Virus record (IMG/VR): IMGVR_UViG_3300015199_000002
Location: 18,985 to 82,984 of that record
DNA: 64,000 nucleotides
Direction: 5' to 3' (one strand)
DNA from: a virus
Shown: positions 28,535 to 37,201 of the stretch, piece by piece
Numbering within the stretch: position 1 is the stretch's first letter
How the letters are laid out: every line of letters begins with the position of its first letter
The notes under the pieces: model-generated
Databases searched by the model: none
Told to the model about the DNA's origin: nothing
The model's input: the letters and a program-made list of their open reading frames with translations, nothing else
Program-made: the position numbers and the translations under genes

Positions 28535-29112
28535 TCTGGTTTACTAGCGATCTCCATTTCGGCCACGAAGCAGTTATTGGATATTCTAAGCGCCCGTTTG
28601 ACTCTCTAGAAGACATGCACACAGAGTTAATTTTACGCTGGAACGAGTGCGTCCAACCAGAAGACACGGTTTATGTTCTAGGAGACTTGGCACTTTGTCC
28701 TTACCAGATTTTCGAGCCAATCGCCACGCGACTCAAGGGTAAAAAGGTTCTGGTAAAAGGAAATCACGACAGTTACTCCAATGGGCAGTACGAACGCGCC
28801 GGGTTCCAAGTATTTGATGAGATTAAGATGAAGATAGCGGGGCAAGTATGCAGGCTGTCACACTTTCCGTACCGGTTGCCTTGGTATATGCGACCCTTTG
28901 CGTATAAATCGGAACTTAGATTCATGGACCGCAGGCCCCCCAGGATTCCAGGAGAGATACTTTTGCACGGGCACTCACACGTAAAGTACAAGTACGCCGA
29001 CAGCAGGATACATGTGGGAGTAGATGCTTGGGATTTTTACCCAGCGTCGGTACGAGAAATAGAATCTATAATCAATAAAATGTCAAAGAAACCTACCTCA
29101 GAAACTCCCTAA
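28531..29112 (+). CDS. Metallophosphoesterase (calcineurin-like)
   Basis: TSDLHFGH, LGD, KGNHD, SHFP, HGHSH and VGVD motifs. Confidence 0.9.
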   Translation: MIWFTSDLHFGHEAVIGYSKRPFDSLEDMHTELILRWNECVQPEDTVYVLGDLALCPYQIFEPIATRLKGKKVLVKGNHDSYSNGQYERAGFQVFDEIKMKIAGQVCRLSHFPYRLPWYMRPFAYKSELRFMDRRPPRIPGEILLHGHSHVKYKYADSRIHVGVDAWDFYPASVREIESIINKMSKKPTSETP

Positions 29113-29689
29113 GAAAGTCGCTCTGAATAGGATTTCGAGACTTCTTGTTGAACAAAGACACCACGCTGCCTTTTGACATACCGGTAGCCTTTGATATTTC
29201 GTTAAAGGTGTGTCCGTCGTTCCGCATGTTCATAGCCAGCGTCAGAGTCTCCACAGAGTGCTTGCCTGGGGGGCCGAGCCTCTGCCCCTTTTCCTTCTTT
29301 GCCTGGAGCGCAGCCTTAGTCCGCTGGCTGATCAGGGACCTCTCCAGCTCTGCCACCATCACCATGGCCTGGGCGGTGAATCTGCCCGACGGGGTGCTGT
29401 AATCGACCCCCTCCCGAAGAGATACGATGTTAACCCCTCGTTTGTACAGGCCCTCAATCAGCCCAATTATGTCTAGGAGCTTCCTTCCTAGGCGATCTAA
29501 GGCGGCTATGGCTAAGGTGTCTCCAGACTGGATCTTCTTTAGGAGCTTCTCTAGCTCTGGTCGCTCCTTGACACCGCTTGCGGTCTCCCGGTACAGGAAT
29601 GCCTCTGGGTAGCGCTTTAGGAGATCGTGCTCCTGCGTATCTACGACCTGCTTGTTCGAACTCACGCGACAGTATATGTAAATCGACAT
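29093..29689 (-). CDS. Small serine recombinase (resolvase/invertase family)
   Basis: Likely start MSIYIYCRVSS at 29689. Motifs YCRVS (catalytic Ser), ETASG..ERP, GDTL....LDRLGR, ELERSLISQRT, and a C-terminal HTH. Confidence 0.92.
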   Translation of the reverse strand: MSIYIYCRVSSNKQVVDTQEHDLLKRYPEAFLYRETASGVKERPELEKLLKKIQSGDTLAIAALDRLGRKLLDIIGLIEGLYKRGVNIVSLREGVDYSTPSGRFTAQAMVMVAELERSLISQRTKAALQAKKEKGQRLGPPGKHSVETLTLAMNMRNDGHTFNEISKATGMSKGSVVSLFNKKSRNPIQSDFLREFLR

Positions 29690-30373
29690 ACTTAGAGCGT
29701 ATACTGACCGGTCATTGAAAGCAAGTAAAATCTTGGTAAGGGGCGCCATTGGCTACCGGGTTCAGTTTTACCTTACCCGCTGGACGAGCGTTGCCCTTTT
29801 ACTCCTGCCTACTCGGAACCTCATTCACTTTATCCGAAATTCTTTTGATTTTGGTTGACCATTTCTTCCAACCAATCTTCTAAATAAGACACTGCGTCCT
29901 TGAAGCTAGAACAAACCTGCACGCCGCTCACTACAATAAGACGGTACCAGGGGTCGTAATAGAAGTCAAGCGCTATCACGCCAAAGATTGCGCCATTTTG
30001 GCATTATACGCCAGAGCGCATAAAACACATCCTATACGGTAAAGCGTATAGCGAAAGCATACGATCGTATAGGATAGGCATACAGACCCCGAACGGGTAA
30101 GAAACTATCGAAAAGTGATAGGTACTGACATGAACGGGTACTAACTACTAGCGTAGCCGCCAATGGGCTTCGTATGAGTTGCTACTAACAGCGTCCCGAT
30201 GACAAGTTACTAGGGGCGGTGCGGGTTAAATTGTCATTGGGGTGGTGTTATGCGGAGGGCTATAGGTAGCGGCTACTAGCCCCACAAACCCGTTTATAGG
30301 CCACTTGACCAAGTAAAGAGACCCTTACCCGCAGCCAGGTGGGATAAAGGCTACTACGGGCATTTCTGTGCGT

Positions 30374-31249
30374 CTAATAGGACTTTAAAGTGCTCTTACC
30401 GCCAAACTCACTATAAAAGAGTTGTCGGGAAATATCAAGAAATTTATTTGACTTTTTCTCGTTTTCGGCTCCGGGGATCGCGCGCAGGTTCCAAGGGACG
30501 TGAAGACCCCAAACCTCTACTAAGTGCCCGTTAACGATCTCCAGACCCCGGATGGGTACGATATGGTCGACGTGGTGCTGTACCGATGTCTCCGAGGTTA
30601 GTCGGTCCCGCTCACGGTAGATTTTGCCCATCTCGATCCTGTGGGCTGCGGAGACCCATTTGGGTACTGCGGAGCGTTTTCTGAGTTCTTGCAAGGTTTT
30701 CCTGGCAGCGAACTTGGCTCGGTCGCGTTTACGGGCTCGTTTACGCGCAGCCTTGAGCATTTCTTGATTTCTGCACGTTCGAGCCTCAGGGAATGCGTAC
30801 CCTCTCCGGGAGGCCTTTCTGTCTGCAATATCCCTAAAGTTACTTTTAATCTCAGCCAAACACCCTAGGCAGTGCGCGGACTTAGGAGGAAACAAGTACT
30901 TAAGAATCCTCTTTTTACACCTACTGCAACTCTTGTCTTTGGGAACTGGCAGCAGTCTGCGGAGTTTCTTGCACATTTTACATCGAGTATGTAGTCTGTC
31001 TGCGGAGTTCCTGTCTTTACCGAAATCAAACGCCGATTTGGTGACTGAGCAGGCAGGGCATTTCTTGTAAGGCATATTCTTAAACTTATCTCTCAATGGT
31101 GGCTTTGGCCCCCTATCCCTACACTCCCTGCAGTAAGGGAACTCCTTTGCCTTATCTCTATTAACTCCCCCATGAAAGAAATCTCGGTCCGGCTTAGGCT
31201 GCCCGCACCCTAGGTAACGCCTGTTGCTGCTCCCTATGCAAATTTTCAT
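30374..31249 (-). CDS. HNH endonuclease with N-terminal Cys-rich zinc fingers
   Basis: HHVDHIVP...GLHVPWNLRAI...N..KSNKF; several CxxC pairs. Start moved to ATG at 31249 on the basis of the promoter. Confidence 0.85.
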   Translation of the reverse strand: MKICIGSSNRRYLGCGQPKPDRDFFHGGVNRDKAKEFPYCRECRDRGPKPPLRDKFKNMPYKKCPACSVTKSAFDFGKDRNSADRLHTRCKMCKKLRRLLPVPKDKSCSRCKKRILKYLFPPKSAHCLGCLAEIKSNFRDIADRKASRRGYAFPEARTCRNQEMLKAARKRARKRDRAKFAARKTLQELRKRSAVPKWVSAAHRIEMGKIYRERDRLTSETSVQHHVDHIVPIRGLEIVNGHLVEVWGLHVPWNLRAIPGAENEKKSNKFLDISRQLFYSEFGGKSTLKSY

Positions 31250-31390
31250 TATTACAAGCATAATACACAGTAAAACTCGTGTCAACAGAATAAATAAGCC
31301 TTAAGTATCATATATTTGACTTGTCGGAAAATAGCCATCTCGTTTTAAACGGGCGCTGAAGGTGAGGCTGTGGGAGAAATTGCGTCCTGG

Positions 31391-31446
31391 GGGGGGGTCT
31401 ACCCAGACCCAGGCCAGAAAGGAAACAGTTCCCAGTAGACCCCCCC
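31391..31446. repeat. 12-bp G/C-run inverted repeat
   Basis: GGGGGGGTCTAC (31391-31402) and GTAGACCCCCCC (31435-31446), 32-nt spacer. Confidence 0.85.
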
Positions 31447-31735
31447 TCCGGAGAGCTCTGTACAGGCCGGCCAACTCCCATCTGAAACCAGGCTATTCCC
31501 GCGGTGTTTTGTCTCGTTTCGGTCGTCGTTGCTCATGGGGTATCAACTGGTCATTTAACGTTCGTATGCTGACTTGAAGGATTGTTAAGGCTCAGCTGCG
31601 TTATATAAGAGATGGAGATATCTACTAAAGTCTTAGTAGACGATGCTTCGTCGCTTGTATCGAGCGACCCCACGCAGTAGCCGTTGCACCTTGAGTTAGT
31701 TGTTACTGCGTAAAGTTCTACGCACTTAAAATCGT

Positions 31736-31851
31736 AGTAGCCGTAACACGTAGCCCGCAACGTCGACGGCGCCGGCAAGGCGACCGAACATAGAGCTCTG
31801 TCTTTGACTTAATAGCCCGGCCGGATGCCAGTAGCCTTAACACGTAGCCCG
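31736..31851 (+). repeat. 22-bp direct repeat within a TAGCC-rich non-coding tract
   Basis: AGTAGCC(G/T)TAACACGTAGCCCG at 31736-31757 and 31830-31851. Confidence 0.85.
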
Positions 31852-32191
31852 TAGCGGCACCGTCGTTGTGTCTGTGTCTCTGCCTTTGGTCTAGTGGCCG
31901 TTGCGGTCAGTCATTACTTACTGGGTAGCTGTTCGTCTCTGCCTACCGTGATTGTCTTTGTTAGAGCTCTTAGGTCTGTTTCATTCCTGTTATATGTCTT
32001 TTTGAGACAGTTACTGGGGGTTTGATCGTCGTTAGGTGTTTTATGCGACTTGGTATGTAACTGTCTATGTCTTGAGGTTTGTCTAAAAGATCTTCAGCTT
32101 GTATTCATTTGTATTATTTGCTTTAGGTGACGATATTTGTCAGTATGTGTCTTGGTTGACTTGATTTCGTTGGGTTTTAATTGAGATGGGT

Positions 32192-32209
32192 TTGGCATCT
32201 GGTATGCAA
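32192..32209 (+). promoter_or_regulatory. Sigma54 (-24/-12) type promoter
   Basis: TTGGCATCTGGTATGCAA has GG (32194-5) and GC (32206-7) exactly 10 nt apart; about 42 nt upstream of the first plus-strand gene. Confidence 0.55.
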
Positions 32210-32251
32210 TAGTATTAGATTGTATTTAGTAACAAACGAGACGGGGGTTTT

Positions 32252-32485
32252 ATGAAGGTTGCTAGGATAACTAAAGATATCAAGGCTTCGGGAGTTAAGG
32301 TTATTAGAGTCAAATCGTTTGATTCTAAGTCAATGATCGGTATTCATTTGCTCATGCCGACTCAACGTGAGCTGGAAGATGCCGTTGAGACCGCTTTAAG
32401 GGATATGTTCCCAGCGATCTACATTCACACATTTTCGACTTGGGCAGCCGGTGCAATGAAACGCCGGGCTCCCAAGACAGTATAA
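32252..32485 (+). CDS. Hypothetical early protein
   Basis: 77 aa with a GGGGG RBS; first gene of the plus-strand block. Confidence 0.65.
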   Translation: MKVARITKDIKASGVKVIRVKSFDSKSMIGIHLLMPTQRELEDAVETALRDMFPAIYIHTFSTWAAGAMKRRAPKTV

Positions 32486-32489
32486 CTTT

Positions 32490-32570
32490 GTCTGCAGCAT
32501 TCAACTTATCCCCCTAAGTTGCTGTAGACCGGGACACAGGGTTTCCCCGACTCTGTGTCCCAAACTTTTT
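32490..32570 (+). ncRNA. Twin-hairpin RNA element with C-rich loops; the second hairpin may also terminate transcription
   Basis: GTCTGCAGC-attc-AACTTA[TCCCCC]TAAGTT-GCTGTAGAC, 1-nt linker, GGGACACAGGGT[TTCCCCG]ACTCTGTGTCCC, then AAACTTTTT. Confidence 0.55.
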
Positions 32571-32591
32571 GAACTTAACATTGGAGGCAGT

Positions 32592-33134
32592 ATGAAGAAA
32601 TACAAACTACGGCTAGATCTTAAGTTAGAAGTGTACAGTAAGACTCTCTATAGAATCGAGAGGTTACGTGACGGCAAACCTACAGGCGACGTAGGCGGTT
32701 ACATTGAGAGTGAAGCTAACCTCTCCCAAGACGGCACCTGTTGGGTGTACGGCGACGCTTGGGTGTACGGCAACGCTCGGGTGTCCGGCAACGCTTGGGT
32801 GTTCGGCAACGCTTGGGTGTTCGGCAACGCTCAGGTGTACGGCGACGCTCTGGTGTACGGCGACGCTCGGGTGTCCGGCGACGCTTGGGTGTCCGGCGAC
32901 GCTTGGATATCTTCAGTAAATGAAATAGTTAATTTCATAATTGCATTCAGTTTTTCTATCACTATAACTCCCGATAACATTGCAATAGGGTGTCAACTAA
33001 AAAAGCGTTCGGAATGGCTTAAGGTGTCAATCGACGACGCCGAGAAGATGGGCCTGCCTCGCGAACTATTCCCTCAGTACAGGAAGCTTGTTAAGATCGG
33101 AATGAAACTGGTCCCTAAAAGGAGTTCAAAATGA
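32592..33134 (+). CDS. Hexapeptide-repeat (V-Y/F/S-G-D/N-A-x) beta-solenoid protein, copy 1
   Basis: Leader MKKYKLRLDLKLEV...GGYIESEANLSQDGTCW, nine 18-bp repeats, unique C-terminus. Confidence 0.85.
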   Translation: MKKYKLRLDLKLEVYSKTLYRIERLRDGKPTGDVGGYIESEANLSQDGTCWVYGDAWVYGNARVSGNAWVFGNAWVFGNAQVYGDALVYGDARVSGDAWVSGDAWISSVNEIVNFIIAFSFSITITPDNIAIGCQLKKRSEWLKVSIDDAEKMGLPRELFPQYRKLVKIGMKLVPKRSSK

Positions 33135-33295
33135 GAATTGGACTTGCGTACGCAGACTTAACTGAACATGGACTAGAAGTTGTGATAAAAGACGGACTGG
33201 TGATCGCTAAGTTCTTAGACGGCATGAGTATCCCAGTCGGCGAAGGTCTGGAGAGCTTGCCTGTAGGCAATGACGAAATAACAAAGGTGGCTTGA
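33131..33295 (+). CDS. Hypothetical protein (54 aa), absent from the ORF track
   Basis: MRIGLAYADLTEHGLEVVIKDGLVIAKFLDG...; AGGAG RBS and ATGA overlap with the upstream gene. Confidence 0.6.
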   Translation: MRIGLAYADLTEHGLEVVIKDGLVIAKFLDGMSIPVGEGLESLPVGNDEITKVA

Positions 33296-33296
33296 T

Positions 33297-33527
33297 ATGA
33301 CCAAACAAGACAGAAAACGCAAACAAGTCAGAGAAAGTATGGCACGGATGCGCGAACGCAGGCGGCTTGCCGGTATAGATCAGGACGATAGTCCGGCAAG
33401 CTATCACGCGACAAAGGTTTGCGTGCAGTGCAAGGGTAGGCTTGAGGCATGCAAGTGGCGTGTTTGCTTGGCGTGCGCGCCTCATAGGACGGTTGAGTTC
33501 GACGATGAGTTTCTATTTTGCGCTTAA
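33297..33527 (+). CDS. Small basic zinc-finger protein
   Basis: Basic helix plus CVQC...CLAC. Confidence 0.6.
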   Translation: MTKQDRKRKQVRESMARMRERRRLAGIDQDDSPASYHATKVCVQCKGRLEACKWRVCLACAPHRTVEFDDEFLFCA

Positions 33528-33535
33528 CATAAGGA

Positions 33536-33910
33536 GTGTACATGTTAATAAGTGATGATATTGGCGTAGAAAAAGTGTTTAGTTTTAGTTCCGTAGGCAA
33601 AAGATTAGTGGGATACTATCTTGGTAGTTGTTACTTGGCGCGCGGATCAGGTCGCACGTTAAGTCATCTATTCGGTACCCCCGAAGGCACGGCAGTGGTG
33701 CGCGGAATGCCTCTGCTCATTAAGTTGCTGGAGGGGGTTTCCAGTCAATACTTAATCCAGTTAAATCGCACCAAGAACTTTCAGATAGCCAAAGGGCTCA
33801 CGTATTATGTTTATGAAGTTAAGTACCACGGTAGACAAGGCATGCCAAAAGATAAGTTTGACGTCTTTAAAAGAAAGATGTGCGCTAAACTAAAGACCTC
33901 AGTACGATAA
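33536..33910 (+). CDS. Hypothetical protein
   Basis: AAGGAG RBS; true start probably the ATG at 33542. Confidence 0.6.
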   Translation: MYMLISDDIGVEKVFSFSSVGKRLVGYYLGSCYLARGSGRTLSHLFGTPEGTAVVRGMPLLIKLLEGVSSQYLIQLNRTKNFQIAKGLTYYVYEVKYHGRQGMPKDKFDVFKRKMCAKLKTSVR

Positions 33911-33923
33911 GAAAGGAATTCAT

Positions 33924-34268
33924 ATGGCAATCGAGCATGACATCAGGAAAGCAATGATACTCGCCTCTGACATATTCCAAGACGAGCCCGGTACAGACGA
34001 AGAGATCGAGATCCTACAGAGTATTCCTAGTCTTGGGCGCGATAGAGTTGAGTGCATAGATGCACGCATGCCTACATTGTTCGATGAGTTGTATGACGCG
34101 GAGATGAGTCTTCAGGTGAAACTTCTCGTCCTCGCGTGCGCACGGGGGATTGGGCTTCCAGTACCTTCGCTTGAGGTTGGTGTGGTGTCGGCTATGCATA
34201 GAGCTATTGGTTTGCGCGCTGAGTATTTGGCTTCGGATGAAGGTGAACTAGAATTGGAGGCAGTATGA
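33924..34268 (+). CDS. Hypothetical acidic protein
   Basis: 114 aa, AAGGA RBS, ATGA overlap with the next gene. Confidence 0.65.
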   Translation: MAIEHDIRKAMILASDIFQDEPGTDEEIEILQSIPSLGRDRVECIDARMPTLFDELYDAEMSLQVKLLVLACARGIGLPVPSLEVGVVSAMHRAIGLRAEYLASDEGELELEAV

Positions 34269-34807
34269 AGAAATACAAGCTACGGTTAGACCTTAAGTTA
34301 GAAGTACACGGAACAACTCTCTATAGAATCGAGAGGTTACGTGACGGCAAGCCTACAGGCGACGTAGGCGGTTACATTGAGAGTGAAGCTAACCTCTCCC
34401 AAGACGGCACCTGCTGGGTGTACGGCAACGCTCTGGTGTACGACAACGCTCGGGTGTACGACAACGCTCGGGTGTACGGCGACGCTTGGGTGTTCGGCAA
34501 CGCCCTGGTGTACGGCAACGCTTGGGTGTTCGGCAACGCTCTGGTGTCCGGCAACGCTTGGGTGTCCGGCGACGCTCGTATTGATTCAATTGATGCGATA
34601 ATAGTTTTAACCATAGCCGCGTCATATTCAGTAACCATAACAAGAACTCTTATTTTTGCTGGATGCGCTAAAATAAGCCGATCTAAGATCAACAGCATGA
34701 CTGCCAAACAATTCCAAAGGATAGGGGGTAATCCCAAATACTTTAAGGCGTACAAACAAATGGTCTTGGGCGCCATGCTTATAGTCAAACCTAAGAAAGC
34801 GAAATGA
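34265..34807 (+). CDS. Hexapeptide-repeat protein, copy 2
   Basis: RBS and first ~55 codons nearly identical in DNA to copy 1; nine repeats; C-terminus only distantly related to that of copy 1. Confidence 0.85.
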   Translation: MKKYKLRLDLKLEVHGTTLYRIERLRDGKPTGDVGGYIESEANLSQDGTCWVYGNALVYDNARVYDNARVYGDAWVFGNALVYGNAWVFGNALVSGNAWVSGDARIDSIDAIIVLTIAASYSVTITRTLIFAGCAKISRSKINSMTAKQFQRIGGNPKYFKAYKQMVLGAMLIVKPKKAK

Positions 34808-34808
34808 T

Positions 34809-35234
34809 ATGCGTAGTTACTCCATCTTATCTGCAATGATTTTACTCGCGTGCGCGCCTAAGCAACCGATCACCATTGATCAGAACTTGGTGCCATACTT
34901 CGAGATGTTTCAGAATACGATTGGAGTATCTACTGCGGACGTGTCCGGGCGAATGGATGAGCTAGTGTTGCCTACGATTGGCGTATGCACGGTGGATGAG
35001 TCGGGAAACAAGGTCGTGCATATAGACGCCACCTACTGGAATGCAAGTAACGATGATGCGCGCGAGATGTTAGTGTTCCATGAGCTCGGGCACTGCGCTA
35101 TGGGTCGGGTTCACGACGTGGCGGTTGATAAGTACGGGTGCCCATTGAGTATTATGTATCCCCATGATTTTCCAGATAAGTGTTTCGAAGTGAATAGACA
35201 GGCTTATTACGCTGAGATGATTTCTTATAAATGA
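34809..35234 (+). CDS. Lipoprotein zinc metallopeptidase (metzincin-like)
   Basis: Lipobox-like ILLAC; HELGHCAMGRVH zinc site; SIMYP Met-turn. Confidence 0.75.
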   Translation: MRSYSILSAMILLACAPKQPITIDQNLVPYFEMFQNTIGVSTADVSGRMDELVLPTIGVCTVDESGNKVVHIDATYWNASNDDAREMLVFHELGHCAMGRVHDVAVDKYGCPLSIMYPHDFPDKCFEVNRQAYYAEMISYK

Positions 35235-35710
35235 AAGGAGATTATATGATTTGTCATGTTTGTAAAAAGGATGCGGTTAGGAATGAAGTGCTGGGTAAAG
35301 AGTTTTTCTACTGTCGCGCATGCAAGATTGAGGTTGTTGAGTGGACTTGCGAATACTCTGGCACTGTTACAGGTAGATTTCAGTGTGTTAATCCTAATCC
35401 CTCGTCGATCCCCAAACCGGGTGCGACTCAATCTGGCGCAGCTCTGCATAATCCCAGTTCAATCATGCCCGCTGGAGTGCGCGTACAACCGAGGGTCGCT
35501 TTCGAGCTCGACAAACTGCGAATAGGAGACGAACTTGAAGCTCTGATTGACCATCCAATGTGCGCAGGCATCAGTAAAGGAACTATAGAGTCTGTTCTTT
35601 CGATAAGTTTCGATTCCAATACTTGGGTATCGAATAGAACATTCATGTGCCCCATGGACAATGTGGACGGTAAGGGGTCTATTTTATTCAAAAGAAAGGC
35701 AAAACCATGA
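35231..35710 (+). CDS. Zinc-ribbon protein containing a PolA-like peptide
   Basis: CHVC...CRAC followed by SGTVTGRFQCVNPN. Confidence 0.55.
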   Translation: MKGDYMICHVCKKDAVRNEVLGKEFFYCRACKIEVVEWTCEYSGTVTGRFQCVNPNPSSIPKPGATQSGAALHNPSSIMPAGVRVQPRVAFELDKLRIGDELEALIDHPMCAGISKGTIESVLSISFDSNTWVSNRTFMCPMDNVDGKGSILFKRKAKP

Positions 35711-35781
35711 TCGGTAAACCAAGACACAATTGCAACCGGCCTACAAAGAAGGCACAATATTCCATAGGGAGAACTAATATC

Positions 35782-36012
35782 ATGAAGCTGTATAAACTGA
35801 ACTCAAACAGATGGGCGATGCTAAGTGGTGAGACTTATATCAAAGGAACACTAGAGGAAGTACGCAAGGTTATGGAAGGCACGCCATTCCTCGTAGACCC
35901 AGATGCGATTGACGTAGCACTTCAAGAAATGGCGGTTACGGGCGACAACATCGCTGACTTCGGGATCGCAGGATACTTCATAACGACCAGCAAAGACGCG
36001 GAAGCGGCATAA
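35782..36012 (+). CDS. Hypothetical protein
   Basis: Start MKLYKL at 35782 with GGGAG RBS and an upstream TTGCAA-17-CACAAT promoter. Confidence 0.6.
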   Translation: MKLYKLNSNRWAMLSGETYIKGTLEEVRKVMEGTPFLVDPDAIDVALQEMAVTGDNIADFGIAGYFITTSKDAEAA

Positions 36013-36028
36013 GAAAAGGGAGATTACA

Positions 36029-36226
36029 ATGGAAACTACACAACAGATGAAAGACATTTTGGCGGCGATTGACTCAGTGAAGGCTAGAGCTAAGGCTTGC
36101 ATCAAGTCAGGACAGAGGATGGAAGCGGAGAAGCTTGTAGGTGACTTGATTGCCCTTGACGCCTGCTTGGTTGGAGAAGTGGCGTCACAGGTAAAGACTG
36201 AAGAGTCTGGCAGAGATGCCGCGTAA
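36029..36226 (+). CDS. Hypothetical protein
   Basis: 65 aa, AAGGGAG RBS. Confidence 0.6.
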   Translation: METTQQMKDILAAIDSVKARAKACIKSGQRMEAEKLVGDLIALDACLVGEVASQVKTEESGRDAA

Positions 36227-36236
36227 AGGAGAATTT

Positions 36237-36578
36237 ATGCGATCATGGTGGCCTATTGAAGCATCTATACTAGATAACAAGCGCCTTCTGGGCGAACATA
36301 ATGAATTACTTATTATGGCCAGAGCAATCGCCGGGATAAACAAAGGATATAGAAATCATCCTGAAACTAAACGGTGGATAGGTCATTCAAAAGCAATGAA
36401 GCGACGACACAACGAATTAGCTGATGAAATGGAAAAAAGGGGATTTAATCACAAAAGTCCTTGGCCTGATAATGTTATGAATTCGGATGATACCGACGCT
36501 TGGCCAAATACTTTTTGGGAATCCCTTGATGTTATGAAAACAAAACTAGCTGAGAAAATGGGAAAGGAAACTCTATGA
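36237..36578 (+). CDS. denV: Pyrimidine-dimer DNA glycosylase / T4 endonuclease V-like protein
   Basis: L..KRLLGEH.E...Y.NHPE..RW...RH..L..EM.KRGFNH.SP; start MRSWW at 36237 with AAGGAG RBS. Confidence 0.75.
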   Translation: MRSWWPIEASILDNKRLLGEHNELLIMARAIAGINKGYRNHPETKRWIGHSKAMKRRHNELADEMEKRGFNHKSPWPDNVMNSDDTDAWPNTFWESLDVMKTKLAEKMGKETL

Positions 36579-37198
36579 CAAACAACAAAGGTTTTACCCT
36601 AATCGAAACAATGATCGCGATGGGGCTCATGTGCCTAGGAGCCCTAGCTTTCGCGCAGATTGTCACCAACATGGGTCTGGCCCAGAATTGGAGCGACTTC
36701 AGACTTGCTACAAACTCCCTGGCGTCTTCTATGGTCGGGAGCTTGAATAACCCAGCAAGTTGCACACAGGGGTTTTCGGGTATTACTTTTGTGCCTACTG
36801 GCAATCCTGTGCCGGTTAGCTTTGGCCTACCGAACAGGGTCCTAGGTGCCGGAGTTATCGTGCCAAACTACAAGTTGAGCATCTTGTCTCTTAACTTCAT
36901 TAACTACGTTCCGGTTCAGAATAATCCAGACGGAAGTGTAACGTACTTTGGGGATCTGTCCATGACAACTAAAGCCAGCAAGAAAGTGCTGGGAGGAGAC
37001 ACGTCTACTGTAGTTGTCGACTCTATCTACTTGACGACTATGGCAAGTTTGGTAGTGGCTTGCGGTAACGTCTCACCTCCTTCTCCGAGTCCCTCTCCGT
37101 CGCCGACTCCAGACCCTACACCGCTACCATCTCCGGTTCCGACATACACCTATACGCCGGAACACAACGATTCGCCTTGCGATCACGATAACCATTAA
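36575..37198 (+). CDS. Type IV pilin-like (prepilin) protein with Pro-rich tail
   Basis: Class III signal KG|FTLIE followed by a hydrophobic helix; three Cys in the soluble part; C-terminal SP/TP repeats. Confidence 0.85.
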   Translation: MTNNKGFTLIETMIAMGLMCLGALAFAQIVTNMGLAQNWSDFRLATNSLASSMVGSLNNPASCTQGFSGITFVPTGNPVPVSFGLPNRVLGAGVIVPNYKLSILSLNFINYVPVQNNPDGSVTYFGDLSMTTKASKKVLGGDTSTVVVDSIYLTTMASLVVACGNVSPPSPSPSPSPTPDPTPLPSPVPTYTYTPEHNDSPCDHDNH

Positions 37199-37201
37199 CC
37201 A

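Noticed and set aside
29093-29749. Integrase or prophage boundary
   Set aside because: The recombinase is about 200 aa with only catalytic and HTH domains, lacking the large C-terminal region of serine integrases; no host genes or att-like junction were seen.
32745-34580. Diversity-generating retroelement behind the hexapeptide repeat variation
   Set aside because: No reverse transcriptase and no non-coding template repeat in the window; some variants (TGG/CGG, TTC/TTT) are not simple adenine substitutions.
32704-34643. Alternative-frame ORFs with CTATLG or RRRLGV repeats
   Set aside because: These are by-products of the stop-free 18-bp repeat read in other frames.
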